Positions 11,027 through 20,896 of a stretch of DNA of 64,000 bases are shown in pieces. Both the position numbers and the translations under genes were made by a program. Location of the stretch: contig CANKWU010000005.1 of the NCBI GenBank assembly GCA_947487385.1, positions 12,431 through 76,430 of the forward strand. Reading direction: 5' to 3'. The notes under the pieces are model-generated. The model saw nothing but the letters and a program-made list of their open reading frames with translations. It was not told where the DNA came from and did no database searches. Position 1 is the stretch's first letter. Each line of letters starts with the position of its first letter. This DNA is from Spartobacteria bacterium (lineage in GTDB: Bacteria; Verrucomicrobiota; Verrucomicrobiia; Chthoniobacterales; UBA6821).

Positions 11027-11305
11027 TTAGAGAGACTGCTTGAAAGCTTTTCCTGGGGTGAGGCGAACGCTCTTGGAAGCCTTGATCTGGATAGCCTTAC
11101 CGGTCTTAGGGTTGATTCCCTTACGGGCCTTACGATTGACAACCTTGAAAGTACCAAAACCGATCAACTGGAGGCTCTTGTGCTTCTTGACGAGGACCTT
11201 GATGCTGTCGATGACGGAAGCAACGACCTTTTCGGCGTGAGCCTTGGATGTGTCTTTGCCAAGGGCCTTCTGGACGGATTCAACGAGGTGGATTTTGCTG
11301 CTCAT
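11027..11305 (-). CDS. hup: HU family DNA-binding protein
   Basis: 92 aa; 'GFGTFKVVNRKARKGINPKTGKAIQIKASK' is the typical HU/IHF arm. Confidence 0.92.
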   Translation of the reverse strand: MSSKIHLVESVQKALGKDTSKAHAEKVVASVIDSIKVLVKKHKSLQLIGFGTFKVVNRKARKGINPKTGKAIQIKASKSVRLTPGKAFKQSL

Positions 11306-11398
11306 GGATTGGTGGGTTGGTTATTCAGTTGGTTGTGTCGTGTAACAAGACTGATCCAAAAAAAACCCTCTCTTGCTGTCAACTCCCATTGTGAGAAA

Positions 11399-12037
11399 AT
11401 GTTAAAAAACCTTATGAACACTTATCCCACAGACGACCCTAAAGCAGATCTTTCCCATCCGGAACATCTTGACTATTTCAAACAGATAGTACGCGAGCAC
11501 ATGGACCGCAGACCCTTTGTTCACTCCGACGCCTATGTGGCACCCGGTGCATTTCTTTCAGGAGCGGTGCGGTTAGGCGCTCGGGCCAGCGTCTGGCCCT
11601 CCGCCTCGCTCCGCGGTGACATCGCAACGATCGAGATCGGCGAGGAGAGTAACGTGCAGGACAATGCTGTGATCCATGTCGCAACGGGCCAAGGCGTCTT
11701 GGTGGGGCGCAGAGTCACCATCGGGCATGGCGCAATCGTCCATGCCTGCACGATTGGTGATGAGTCGCTCATAGGCATGGGAGCGATCATCCTGGACGGC
11801 GCCGCTATTGGCGAACGATGCCTCATTGGAGCCCATGCCACAGTGCTTATGAACACCGTCATTCCGCCCGGATCCATGGTGGTAGGATCGCCTGCCAGAA
11901 TCATCCGTGCCCTGAGTGCTGAGGAGCAGCAACGACTCGCTTCCTGGGCAGACCATTATTTGATTGTTTCAGCGGAATACAAACGCAGAGGGATCGTCCA
12001 TCCCGTTTTTTCACCCGGAAAGACGGGCGATCACTAA
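11399..12037 (+). CDS. Gamma-class carbonic anhydrase family protein (left-handed beta-helix, YrdA/PaaY-like)
   Basis: Hexapeptide repeats 'IGEESNVQDNAVIHV...VTIGHGAIVHACTIGDESLIGMGAIILDGAAIGERCLIGAHA'. The ATG at 11399 avoids the antisense overlap with hup that the 10961 ORF-track start would create. Confidence 0.8.
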   Translation: MLKNLMNTYPTDDPKADLSHPEHLDYFKQIVREHMDRRPFVHSDAYVAPGAFLSGAVRLGARASVWPSASLRGDIATIEIGEESNVQDNAVIHVATGQGVLVGRRVTIGHGAIVHACTIGDESLIGMGAIILDGAAIGERCLIGAHATVLMNTVIPPGSMVVGSPARIIRALSAEEQQRLASWADHYLIVSAEYKRRGIVHPVFSPGKTGDH

Positions 12038-12086
12038 GCATCATTGCTTGGATGCGTAACCTCACCTTATCGAACATAGTGAAACC

Positions 12087-12554
12087 ATGAGCCAAATTAG
12101 CCCTAAAGAAGTCGTTCAGATAGAGATAAAAGCCGTCATTCCCACGACCAGTGGTAGCGCTGTGTTTTTAGGCAATGATAGGAAGGTATTCGTCATTTAT
12201 GTCGATCCCTTGGTCGGCAATGCCATAAGCATGATGGTAAGGGAAACGAAAAATGAACGACCCCTCACTCACGATTTGATGGGCATGATGCTTGCAGGCT
12301 TTGGAGCGAAAGTGGAACGCGTGATCATCAATGATCTCAAAGGCGCCACCTACTATGGACGCATGATTGTGACCGCCGAGAATGAACTCCAGCAGCGCAA
12401 GGTACTGGAACTGGATGCTCGCCCAAGTGACTGCCTGGCAATGGCCGCTCAGCAGAAGGCTCCGATTTATGCCACCGGCCAAGTCTGGAACGAAGTGGAA
12501 GACATGTCCGAAGTCTTCAAGAAGATGAGCGAGGAAGAAAAGGATGAAGGTTGA
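12087..12554 (+). CDS. Bifunctional nuclease (BFN/DUF151) family protein
   Basis: 155 aa; 'VFLGNDRKVFVIYVDPLVGNAI...ERPLTHDLM...INDLKGATYYGRM' matches my recollection of DUF151. Confidence 0.7.
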   Translation: MSQISPKEVVQIEIKAVIPTTSGSAVFLGNDRKVFVIYVDPLVGNAISMMVRETKNERPLTHDLMGMMLAGFGAKVERVIINDLKGATYYGRMIVTAENELQQRKVLELDARPSDCLAMAAQQKAPIYATGQVWNEVEDMSEVFKKMSEEEKDEG

Positions 12555-12648
12555 ATTATGAAGTATGAACCTCGACCAAAAATTCCGGAGAGGCCACAAA
12601 CAGCCTCACCTTTTTCATCATTCATCCCTTTGACTTCATCCTTCCGGC

Positions 12649-13218
12649 CTACATCCTGGGCACCGTGATACCGCGTTGCTTCATGTACTTGCCAGCACGG
12701 TCGGCATAGCTGGTCTCGCACGATTCCTTGGCCTCGAAGAAGACAACCTGGGCAAGACCCTCATTGGCATAGATTTTGGCCGGCAACGGGGTCGTGTTGG
12801 AGATCTCCAAGGTCACATGTCCCTCCCATTCAGGTTCGAAGGGAGTAACGTTCACAATGATACCGCATCGGGCATAGGTGGACTTGCCCACACAAATCGT
12901 CAGGACCTCACGGGGAATGCGGAAGTATTCCACGCTGCGCGCAAGAGCGAAGGAATTTGGCGGGACCACGCAGACATCGGTCTTCACATCGACAAACGAT
13001 TTCTCATCAAATTCCTTCGGATCGACCATGGCGCTGAAGACATTGGTGAAGACCTTGAATTCATCGGCCACTCGAAGGTCATACCCGTAGCTGGAGAGAC
13101 CATAGCTGATGACACGCCCCCCCTCCTCAGAGGATCGAATCTGACCGTCGATGAACGGTTCGATCATCCCGTGTTCCAGCGACTTTTGGCGAATCCAGCG
13201 ATCAGAGCAGACAGACAT
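12649..13218 (-). CDS. dcd: dCTP deaminase
   Basis: 189 aa; 'SSYGYDLRV', '[18 protein letters not shown]', '[28 protein letters not shown]'. Confidence 0.9.
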   Translation of the reverse strand: MSVCSDRWIRQKSLEHGMIEPFIDGQIRSSEEGGRVISYGLSSYGYDLRVADEFKVFTNVFSAMVDPKEFDEKSFVDVKTDVCVVPPNSFALARSVEYFRIPREVLTICVGKSTYARCGIIVNVTPFEPEWEGHVTLEISNTTPLPAKIYANEGLAQVVFFEAKESCETSYADRAGKYMKQRGITVPRM

Positions 13219-13326
13219 AATTCGGACAATTTAAGCGGATCCGTGATAGTCCGTCATCGTTAAAGATGAAGCCATGATCTCAATTTTATTCCCCATGCCG
13301 GGGAGGTTACCCTTTAATAAAAGGCG

Positions 13327-14622
13327 ATGCTGAATTACCTCTGGCTTGGCCTGATTCTCTGCGGAATAGTCTTGGGTGTCTTGACCGGCAAGACCGAGGC
13401 AGTGACCGCGGCCACGTTTGATGCGGCGAAGGCCTCACTGATGACCATCGCAATCCCCCTCGGAGCCGTCATGGCACTCTGGTTGGGAATCATGAGGCTT
13501 GCAGAGAAATCGGGTGCCGTGGAGCGCCTCTCGACATTTCTTAAACCTCTGCTTACTCGACTCTTCCCCGAGGTCCCTGCGGATCATCCTGCCATGGGAG
13601 CCATGGTGATGAATATCGCCGCCAACATGCTCGGACTCGGCAATGCAGCCACCCCCCTCGGTCTGCGTGCCATGCAGGGACTCGAATCACTGAACCCCCG
13701 CCCGGGAACAGCTACCAATTCCATGTGTACTTTCTTGGCAATCAATACGAGTTCCGTCCAACTCATCCCTGCGACTGCCGTCGGGATCCTTGCTGCAGCA
13801 GGAGCAATCCACCCGACCGCCATCATTGGGACTGCTTTGGTCGCCACGACTTGCTCGTTTGTCACAGGCGTCATCTCGGTGAAACTGCTGCAACGACTAC
13901 CCATGTTTTCCCTACCTCCGATGCCTTCTGTTATGTCGGGTAAAACCAGTGAGTCATTCACTCTATCTCCAGTGGAACCTTTCAAGGAATTTCCGCTTTG
14001 GAAGAAAACCCTCCTGGGGGGCTACGTCGTTCTTTTTGCCCTCACCATCGCTCGCCTGACTCTATCCGGGCAGCCTCAGGCCTCCTTGCCGATTGCCCTG
14101 ATCCAAAGCATCTCTTTGGTTGCTATCCCCTTCTTGATCGGTTTCTTCCCCCTTTATGCAGCGCTTCGTGGCGTGGCCGTTTACGAAGAGTTCATCGAAG
14201 GGGCCAAGGAGGGTATTCAAGTCGCCCTGCGCATCTTCCCCTACCTTGTGGCGATCCTTGTCGCCGTTGGGATCTTTCGGGCGGCGGGAGGAATCGATAT
14301 TCTCACCCATTTACTATCCCCCCTTCTCGATTTGATCGGCCTGCCTCCTCAGGTTCTGCCGCTAGTGCTCGTTCGCCCTCTGAGTGGAAGCGCCGCCACG
14401 GGTCTCTTTGCAGAGATCATCAAAGCCTGCGGACCGGACAGCTATTCAGCCCATCTTGCCGGGACGATCCTCGGAGGTACTGAGACCACCCTTTACGTGT
14501 TAGCCGTCTACTTCGGCTCCGTGGCAATCCGCAAGGGGCGTCATGCCCTGGCTGCTGGTCTACTGGCCGACGCAGCGGGAGTCGCCGCATCGCTGGCGAT
14601 CTGCAGACTGGTCTTTAGGTAA
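13327..14622 (+). CDS. Nucleoside-recognition-domain membrane protein (fused SpmA/SpmB-like)
   Basis: 431 aa, polytopic; 'MNIAANMLGLGNAATPLGLRAM' and a second 'RPLSGSAATGLFAEI' Gate-domain motif. Confidence 0.7.
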   Translation: MLNYLWLGLILCGIVLGVLTGKTEAVTAATFDAAKASLMTIAIPLGAVMALWLGIMRLAEKSGAVERLSTFLKPLLTRLFPEVPADHPAMGAMVMNIAANMLGLGNAATPLGLRAMQGLESLNPRPGTATNSMCTFLAINTSSVQLIPATAVGILAAAGAIHPTAIIGTALVATTCSFVTGVISVKLLQRLPMFSLPPMPSVMSGKTSESFTLSPVEPFKEFPLWKKTLLGGYVVLFALTIARLTLSGQPQASLPIALIQSISLVAIPFLIGFFPLYAALRGVAVYEEFIEGAKEGIQVALRIFPYLVAILVAVGIFRAAGGIDILTHLLSPLLDLIGLPPQVLPLVLVRPLSGSAATGLFAEIIKACGPDSYSAHLAGTILGGTETTLYVLAVYFGSVAIRKGRHALAAGLLADAAGVAASLAICRLVFR

Positions 14623-14803
14623 GAATTCACAGGAATCCGTAACGGATGCGAGGTAACGGCCGGACCAGCCAAGGGGATGAAAGGGATCTACTAAGGGGAA
14701 TAGGACACTTGGTATCGAGACGTGGTAGTCTTAGAAATCTTGGAATTGGCGTCATCCAGAACAGACGTCGAAAACGATTCCACAAAGAGATTCAAAGCTA
14801 ACT

Positions 14804-15223
14804 TTAGGCTCCAAGGAGAGTCACCACAACGATCCTTCTATGTGGAGCCCTGCGATGTTCAAACAGATAAATCCCCTGCCACGTGCCGAGCTGAAGACGA
14901 CCATGAGCGATAGGAATTGATTCACTTGTCCGGGTCAGCGCCATGCGGAGGTGACTTGTGGAATCATCCGGTCCCTCGGCAGTGTGAATGAGGTTGGGAT
15001 GATCCTCTGGGACAAGATCCTCAAAGAAACGGTGAAGATCCGTGCGCGCTGTCGGATCCGCATTCTCATAGATCACCAGACTCGCGCTGGTGTGTTGGAC
15101 AAAGACCGTGGCCAGTCCCGTCATGATCCCACTTCGGGTTAGCAGTTCAGAAATCTCATCCGTGATCTCATAAGTCCCCTTTCCTGGTGTAGGGACAACG
15201 AAACTTTCGGTGGTAGCAATCAT
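14804..15223 (-). CDS. YjbQ/UPF0047 family protein (secondary thiamine-phosphate synthase family)
   Basis: 'VFVQHTSASLVIYENADP', 'DDSTSHLRMAL', 'LGTWQGIYLFEHR'. ATG at 15223 preferred; the GTG at 15253 would overlap the upstream gene. Confidence 0.8.
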   Translation of the reverse strand: MIATTESFVVPTPGKGTYEITDEISELLTRSGIMTGLATVFVQHTSASLVIYENADPTARTDLHRFFEDLVPEDHPNLIHTAEGPDDSTSHLRMALTRTSESIPIAHGRLQLGTWQGIYLFEHRRAPHRRIVVVTLLGA

Positions 15224-15230
15224 CAGCAAC

Positions 15231-15596
15231 TCAGGCTTCGTGGCACAAGCCACTCCATGTGATCAAGGCCCAACCCGCCATCAACAGAAATCCCCCGATG
15301 GGGGTGATGGCTCCGAGCCAGGTGATCCCGGTAATCGCAAGGAGATAGAGACTTCCGGAGAAAAGCAGGATTCCGATGCCAAAGCAGAAAAGTGATGCCA
15401 AGCAAAACGTCTGTGCCCGTGCTAACCAAAGAAGGACAGGAGCATGGACCAGATGATAGAGCACCGCTGTATTCCAGATCTCCCGTGCATGGTGTAACTC
15501 AAGCAAAACCTTCAGTCCATGAGCTCCGAAAGCCCCAAGAGCAATGCCGAGGAACCCAGTCGCACCAGCCACTAGGAGAGCGGCACGATATTCCAT
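15231..15596 (-). CDS. DUF423 (YgdD/TMEM256-like) small membrane protein
   Basis: 121 aa, four TM helices; 'LGIALGAFGAHGLK' and 'HAPVLL' are typical of DUF423. Confidence 0.75.
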   Translation of the reverse strand: MEYRAALLVAGATGFLGIALGAFGAHGLKVLLELHHAREIWNTAVLYHLVHAPVLLWLARAQTFCLASLFCFGIGILLFSGSLYLLAITGITWLGAITPIGGFLLMAGWALITWSGLCHEA

Positions 15597-15606
15597 TCAG
15601 GAGAAC

Positions 15607-16947
15607 CTAGTTAGAGGCGACCTGGAACTCCTCGGGAAACTTCTCGAGGAAACTCTGAACTGGCCAGGAGGCCGCCTCACCGAAGGCACAGACCGTGCGT
15701 CCGGCAATGTTATCGGCCACGTTCTTGAGTGTCGCAGGATCCTGTGCGATTCCCTCCCCATTCACCATGCGGGTGGTCATCTTGTCGATCCAGAGCACAC
15801 CCTCACGACATGGAGTGCACTGCCCACAACTTTCATGGGCATAAAATGTATTCAGGTTGTTCAGGGCCCAGAGCATGTTACGCGAGTCATCCATGACGAT
15901 CACTCCTCCGCTTCCCATCATACTCCCGGCCGCGGCGAGAGTGGACGAATCCATCACAAGGTCGAGCAGGGGAACTTCCTTCTCAATCATTTCGCCATCC
16001 GGTCCCTTGACCTTCATCTTGAAGGTTTCACCAGCTCGCAGGATCTTGGAGGAACTACCGCCGGGAATGATCGCCTTGAGCTTGCGACCAGGTTTCATTC
16101 CGCCGCAGACATCATTGATGAGTTCACCAAGCGTCACTCCACCCGCAGGAATCTCGTAGGGACCTGGGCGCATGACATCACCCGAGACACACATCACACG
16201 GGTGCCACCGTCGCCGGGAGTCCCCATCTTGGCATACTCATCGCTGCCGATCTTGAAGATCTGCTTCACATGGCAGAAGGTTTCCACATTGTTCACGATT
16301 GTCGGAGACATGTAGAGACCGAGCACGGCCGGAAAATAGGGAGGTTTGATGCGGGGATAAGGACGCTTACCCTCCAGAGACTCGATCAGACTAGTCTCCT
16401 CACCGCAGATATAGGCGCCGGCCCCCTGATGGACATAAATGTCCACATCAAAGCCGCTTCCACAGATATTCTTTCCAAGAAATCCCTTGGCCTTCGCCTC
16501 TTCGATCGCCTTAGCGACGATGGCAGCTGCCTTTGGAAATTCGCAACGGATGTAGATATAGGCAAGGTTTACGTTCAGTGCGAAGGCGGCGATCGCCATT
16601 CCCTCAATCAACTGGTGAGGGTCGTTATGCAGAATATACCGATCCTTGAAGGTGCCGGGCTCCGACTCATCACCATTGCAGGTGATGTAATGAGGCTTAC
16701 CGTCGTCACGACGAATAAAACCCCACTTCACACCACAGGGAAACCCTGCACCACCGCGACCACGAAGATTGGCTTTCTTGACCTCATCAATGATCTCTTC
16801 CGGCTTCATGCTGAGAGCTTTTTTGAGTTCTGCGTAGCCTCCGTTCTTCACGTAGCAATCGATGTCGGGCGTGTAGCCCTGAGTCCAGGCATTCTTGAAA
16901 ACGATGCGGCGCTCCTTCGGATGTGGCGGGAGGAGAAGTGATTTCAT
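15607..16947 (-). CDS. nuoF: NADH-quinone oxidoreductase subunit F (51-kDa FMN/NADH-binding subunit)
   Basis: 446 aa; 'GRGGAGFPCGVKWGF', 'GAGAYICGEETSLIESLEGK', N3 cluster 'ESCGQCTPCREG'. Confidence 0.92.
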   Translation of the reverse strand: MKSLLLPPHPKERRIVFKNAWTQGYTPDIDCYVKNGGYAELKKALSMKPEEIIDEVKKANLRGRGGAGFPCGVKWGFIRRDDGKPHYITCNGDESEPGTFKDRYILHNDPHQLIEGMAIAAFALNVNLAYIYIRCEFPKAAAIVAKAIEEAKAKGFLGKNICGSGFDVDIYVHQGAGAYICGEETSLIESLEGKRPYPRIKPPYFPAVLGLYMSPTIVNNVETFCHVKQIFKIGSDEYAKMGTPGDGGTRVMCVSGDVMRPGPYEIPAGGVTLGELINDVCGGMKPGRKLKAIIPGGSSSKILRAGETFKMKVKGPDGEMIEKEVPLLDLVMDSSTLAAAGSMMGSGGVIVMDDSRNMLWALNNLNTFYAHESCGQCTPCREGVLWIDKMTTRMVNGEGIAQDPATLKNVADNIAGRTVCAFGEAASWPVQSFLEKFPEEFQVASN

Positions 16948-16991
16948 GGTCGTGGGTCTTGTTGGTACCTAGTGGAATCTAGTGGAATCGA

Positions 16992-17528
16992 TTAGTTGTA
17001 CTGGCTCAGTATAACGGCGGTGCCTTCCGGGGTAATGTCCTCGAGAAGATCATCGTTGACTAGGGCCACAGGAGCCGAACCGCAGCTCGCGAGGCACTCC
17101 ACGAACTCGACACTGAATTTTCCATCCGCGCTGACAGGAGGTGAGTGTCCATGAGGCGGTGCATTCGGATCGATCCCCGCTGCTTTACAGAAAGCATCCC
17201 GGACTTCGTAGCTTCCAGCCAGAGCGCAGGGGAGCGTGCGGCAAACGCGGATACATACTTTACCAGCTGCCTGCTGACGGAACCACGGGTAGAACGTCAC
17301 AAGTTCCAGAATGTTGATCGGCTGAAGCTCAAGACGATTCGCGATCCAATTTATACCGCTGTCATCAACGAATCCGAAATGGTTCTGCCAGAGATGGAGC
17401 AGCGGAAGAGAGGCGCTCCTCTTGGAGACGGGGTAGTGAGTTACCGCCTCATCGATCTTGGTAAGAAGGTCCGTAGGGATCTGGTCGGCCTGGCGGGATC
17501 CGTTGGAAGGTGCAGCATGCTTGTCCAT
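16992..17528 (-). CDS. nuoE: NADH-quinone oxidoreductase subunit E (24-kDa 2Fe-2S subunit)
   Basis: 'VCRTLPCALAG' and 'ECLASCGSAPV' supply the 2Fe-2S cysteines. ATG at 17528 ('MDKHAAP') preferred over the 17582 ORF-track start. Confidence 0.88.
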   Translation of the reverse strand: MDKHAAPSNGSRQADQIPTDLLTKIDEAVTHYPVSKRSASLPLLHLWQNHFGFVDDSGINWIANRLELQPINILELVTFYPWFRQQAAGKVCIRVCRTLPCALAGSYEVRDAFCKAAGIDPNAPPHGHSPPVSADGKFSVEFVECLASCGSAPVALVNDDLLEDITPEGTAVILSQYN

Positions 17529-17666
17529 TAAGGATAGTAGGAAACCAAAAAGCCGCCGACTCGGAAAGAGGGAAATAGGCAAATCTGAAAGTAGCGGTAG
17601 GAAGACGGGCGGGGATTGCCAAGCGAGAGTGATCCTGCTTCGCTCTCAACTCTTACTTTACTAGCT

Positions 17667-18776
17667 ATGGGATTCTTCACCCCCCGATTCATCAAGGAAG
17701 CTCAAATCCTCTCGGAGGGGGCCTCCAAGACCCTTCACCACAATCGTGACCTGCTAAAAGAAGGACAGATTTCCCGTCTTCAGGAACTCATCTCTTCACT
17801 GAATCGTGCCATCAGCGGCAAGAAGGAACAGGAAATCGATCAAATAACCCGCGTTCTGGAAGCCGACTTTGCCTCCCTTATTCCCGCTAGAGCTCACCCC
17901 GTCTGGGCAGAGAACATCGAGGCCATCGTGGTCGCCATAGCCCTGGCTGTTGGATTCCAAGCCTACTTTCTCAAGCCATTTAAGATCCCTACTGGATCGA
18001 TGCAGCCGACTCTTTACGGGATGATGGGACATCCTTCGGCAGATCCCCTGCCGGGGCCGATCAATCGGGCCTTGGATTTTATCCGTCTTGGACGCAGTCA
18101 CATCGACATCAAGGCAACAACAAAAGAGGAGGTCTTGGGGCTCAATGAGCACACCAAGCTCAACTTCTTTACCTTCACTGAAGTGGTCACCACACGGGGA
18201 ACATTTTCCATCTTTGCTCCACGCGATGTCGTGGCACGCGATTTCGGGGTGTGCCCTGGAAGGGTTTATGAAGCAGGGGAAACAATCGTCCATGGCTATG
18301 TGCAGGCTGGGGACCAGGTCTTTGTCGACCGCATGACCTACCAGTTCCGTAATCCCTCTCGGTCCGATGTCTTTGTCTTCAAGACCACGGGAATACGCCG
18401 CATCGAGATGAATATCGACCCTGCCCTGGGCTCCCAGTTCTACATCAAACGACTCGCCGGCGTCCCGAGAGATACCCTACGAATCGACTCTCCTAAGATC
18501 TTCTTGAACGGTTCCATCGCCACGCAAACACCCTTCCAACGTGTCATGAGCTGCATGAACGGCTACCGCGGATACTCTAACCCCTCAGCCGCTCAATACC
18601 TGACGGCTCCTGAAGAGACATTCACTGTCCCCGAACACGCCTTCTTCGCTCTGGGTGATAACAGCTACAACTCCAGCGACAGCCGCTACTGGGGCATTGT
18701 GCCAGAGATGAACGTGATCGGTCGTGGCTATTTCGTCTACTGGCCCTTCTCCGAGCGCTGGGGCTTTATTCGATAA
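17667..18776 (+). CDS. lepB: Signal peptidase I
   Basis: 'IPTGSMQPTL' (catalytic Ser box), 'YIKRLAGVPRD' (Lys box), 'GDNSYNSSDSRYWG'. ATG at 17667 preferred over TTG at 17616. Confidence 0.88.
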   Translation: MGFFTPRFIKEAQILSEGASKTLHHNRDLLKEGQISRLQELISSLNRAISGKKEQEIDQITRVLEADFASLIPARAHPVWAENIEAIVVAIALAVGFQAYFLKPFKIPTGSMQPTLYGMMGHPSADPLPGPINRALDFIRLGRSHIDIKATTKEEVLGLNEHTKLNFFTFTEVVTTRGTFSIFAPRDVVARDFGVCPGRVYEAGETIVHGYVQAGDQVFVDRMTYQFRNPSRSDVFVFKTTGIRRIEMNIDPALGSQFYIKRLAGVPRDTLRIDSPKIFLNGSIATQTPFQRVMSCMNGYRGYSNPSAAQYLTAPEETFTVPEHAFFALGDNSYNSSDSRYWGIVPEMNVIGRGYFVYWPFSERWGFIR

Positions 18777-18818
18777 GAAATTTTAGATCTCCTGAATTCT
18801 CCCGCAAAGCAACTCCTG

Positions 18819-20078
18819 TCACTTTTTCTTAACAGAAGTTTTCTTAGCCTTCTTCTTCACGCCGGTGGCAACCTTGGCAGCCACTTTTAGCCTCAGTGCG
18901 TTAAGGCGGATGAAGCCAGTGGCGTCACCTTGATTGTAGGCTTGGGTCGGATCGGCTTCCATCGTCGCTATATCAGGGCGATAGAGACTGACAGGGCTCT
19001 TGCGACCGGCCGCCATGATGTTTCCCTTGTAGAGACGCAGGCGGACTGTTCCTGTCACATTCTTTTGAGATTCCGTGATCAGGGCCTGCAGAGCCAGACG
19101 CTCGGGAGCAAACCAGAAGCCGTTGTAAACAAGCGTGCTGTATTTCGGGATCAGGCCATCGCGCAGGTGCATCACCTCACGGTCCATGGTCAGGGACTCC
19201 ATCTGGCGATGGGCGAAGTGCAGGATCGAGCCACCGGGGGTCTCGTAGACTCCGCGGCTCTTCATGCCGACAAAGCGGTTCTCCACCATGTCGACACGCC
19301 CCACGCCATGACGACCGCCAATCTTGTTGAGGGTCTTCATGACGGCCAGCGGATTGAGCGACTTGCCATTCACGGCCACGCAGTCTCCCTTGATGAAATC
19401 GAGCGTGACGATCTCCGCCTTATCAGGAGACTCTTCGGGACTCGCTGAGAGCTTGAACATCCCCTTATTTTCGGGTGCAAAAGCATCGAACCAAGGATCC
19501 TCTAGGATTCCGCTCTCATAGCTGATGTGAAGAAGATTACGATCCATCGAGTAAGGCTTCTTGGCACTGGCCTCAATCGGCACCTTGTGGTCCTGGCAGT
19601 AAGCAATCATCTCGGCACGACCCGGGAATTCGGCGCGGAATCTCTCCTCGCGCCATGGGGCGATCACCTCGAGATCGGGGGAGAGTGCGGCTGCTGCAAG
19701 TTCGAAGCGCACCTGATCATTTCCCTTGCCTGTAGCACCATGCGCCACCGCATCCGCACCCTCGGCAATCGCAATCTCGACCATGCGCTTGGCGATCAGG
19801 GGACGGGCTATGCTCGTTCCCAGGAAATACTCTCCCTCGTAGAGAGAGCCTGCCTGCACCATAGGGAAAATAAAATCCCGCGCAAATTCCTCCTGAAGAT
19901 CATCGACATAGCACTTGGTCGCTCCCGTGCGGAGCGCTTTCGGCTTCAGACCCTTGAGTTCTTCTTCCTGACCGATGTCCGCGCAGAAGGCGATCACCTC
20001 TGCGGAATAGGTTTCTTTGATCCAGTTGAGAATGACGGAGGTATCCAGACCCCCAGAGTAGGCAACAACAATTTTCAT
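18819..20078 (-). CDS. argG: Argininosuccinate synthase
   Basis: '[15 protein letters not shown]', '[15 protein letters not shown]'; 419 aa with a Lys-rich C-terminal tail. Confidence 0.93.
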   Translation of the reverse strand: MKIVVAYSGGLDTSVILNWIKETYSAEVIAFCADIGQEEELKGLKPKALRTGATKCYVDDLQEEFARDFIFPMVQAGSLYEGEYFLGTSIARPLIAKRMVEIAIAEGADAVAHGATGKGNDQVRFELAAAALSPDLEVIAPWREERFRAEFPGRAEMIAYCQDHKVPIEASAKKPYSMDRNLLHISYESGILEDPWFDAFAPENKGMFKLSASPEESPDKAEIVTLDFIKGDCVAVNGKSLNPLAVMKTLNKIGGRHGVGRVDMVENRFVGMKSRGVYETPGGSILHFAHRQMESLTMDREVMHLRDGLIPKYSTLVYNGFWFAPERLALQALITESQKNVTGTVRLRLYKGNIMAAGRKSPVSLYRPDIATMEADPTQAYNQGDATGFIRLNALRLKVAAKVATGVKKKAKKTSVKKK

Positions 20079-20133
20079 GAACTGCTTGGATACAGCACTC
20101 CGCGCCTCGTTGCACGATGATTTGAAAGAAGAG

Positions 20134-20205
20134 TGGGTTGACTGGGACTCGAACCCAGAACCAATACCTTAAAAGGGTACTGCTCTACCATTGAGCTATC
20201 AACCC
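20134..20205 (-). tRNA. tRNA-Lys (anticodon UUU)
   Basis: Hand-folded cloverleaf: acceptor GGGTTGA/TCAACCC, anticodon stem GTACC/GGTAT, loop CTTTTAA, T-arm CTGGG-TTCGAGT-CCCAG. 72 nt, no encoded CCA. Confidence 0.88.
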
Positions 20206-20673
20206 GTTCCACCTGTTAGAGCGGCCCATTTGAACCGCTTTACAGAATCCCGTGACCAGTCTTTCAAACCCTGTCTCTCGTTTGGGCATTTGCAGTCTCA
20301 AACGATCCAACCAGGTTGAGGTGAATTTCACCACCTTACTAAAGGACAGTAACAGTTTCATCAGTATGCACGATTTCGGAACAAAAGACAAAGAATTATG
20401 CGTGGAAGCGCAAAATCAAGTAACAAGATTTATTTGAAAAGGGGTTTTTATGGAGCTGCTGCTTCCATCAACAGCCTGTGCGCCATGGGATGGACATCCC
20501 AATCGGGATGATCTTGCCAAGATATATATTGAATGTTTTCAAAATGTATTTTGTATTACCTCGGAGCTGATGCAACAGGACATCTGTGAAAAAGTCATCT
20601 TGGAGACGAACTGTGCAGAGGTCCCTCTTTGCGTCTTGTACCTGAGCCAAGACTAAGCAATCTTCTTAGAGAA

Positions 20674-20758
20674 GCTCGAATGGCGAAATTGGCAGACGCG
20701 CCAGACTTAGGATCTGGTTCCGAAAGGAGTGTGGGTTCAAGTCCCTCTTCGAGCACCA
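20674..20758 (+). tRNA. tRNA-Leu (anticodon UAG), type II with long variable arm
   Basis: Acceptor GCTCGAA/TTCGAGC, anticodon arm CCAGA-CTTAGGA-TCTGG, variable arm TCC-GAAA-GGA, encoded CCA. One U-U mismatch in the T-stem. Confidence 0.85.
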
Positions 20759-20896
20759 TTTTTTTAAAAATTACGAGTTCCCCTCACCTGCTCCTCTTTT
20801 ATTGTGAGAATAAATCTTGGAATGAATAATCGACCTACATAGTAGTCATTCACCACTCCAACTCTCAAACACCGTCACCCTAACAAATCCAATCCC

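Noticed and set aside
10961-11398. N-terminal 146 codons of ORF 10961..12037, which would extend the gamma-carbonic-anhydrase-like gene across hup on the opposite strand.
   Set aside because: This stretch is antisense to the clearly real HU gene and its terminator. The LbH-domain homology only begins after the ATG at 11399.
15544-16941. 465-aa ORF on the plus strand covering the whole of nuoF. Similar long antisense ORFs lie opposite ilvC (59016..60005), gnd (46867..47952), mdh (10135..10848), fumC (9524..10108), gyrB (24369..24947, 25080..25595), ppdK (62375..62920) and fbaB (63204..63800).
   Set aside because: These are shadow ORFs opposite strongly conserved, motif-rich genes. Their translations are low-complexity (rich in R, H, G, D, L) with no recognisable motifs. 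Such frames stay open because of the codon bias of the sense gene.
20206-20673. Possible RNase P RNA or other known structured RNA in the inter-tRNA spacer (it contains ACAGAATCC, vaguely like the P4/CR-V region).
   Set aside because: No GAGGAAAGTCC-type CR-I or other universally conserved RNase P, tmRNA or SRP motifs appear on either strand. The region is left as an unexplained spacer rather than an RNA call.
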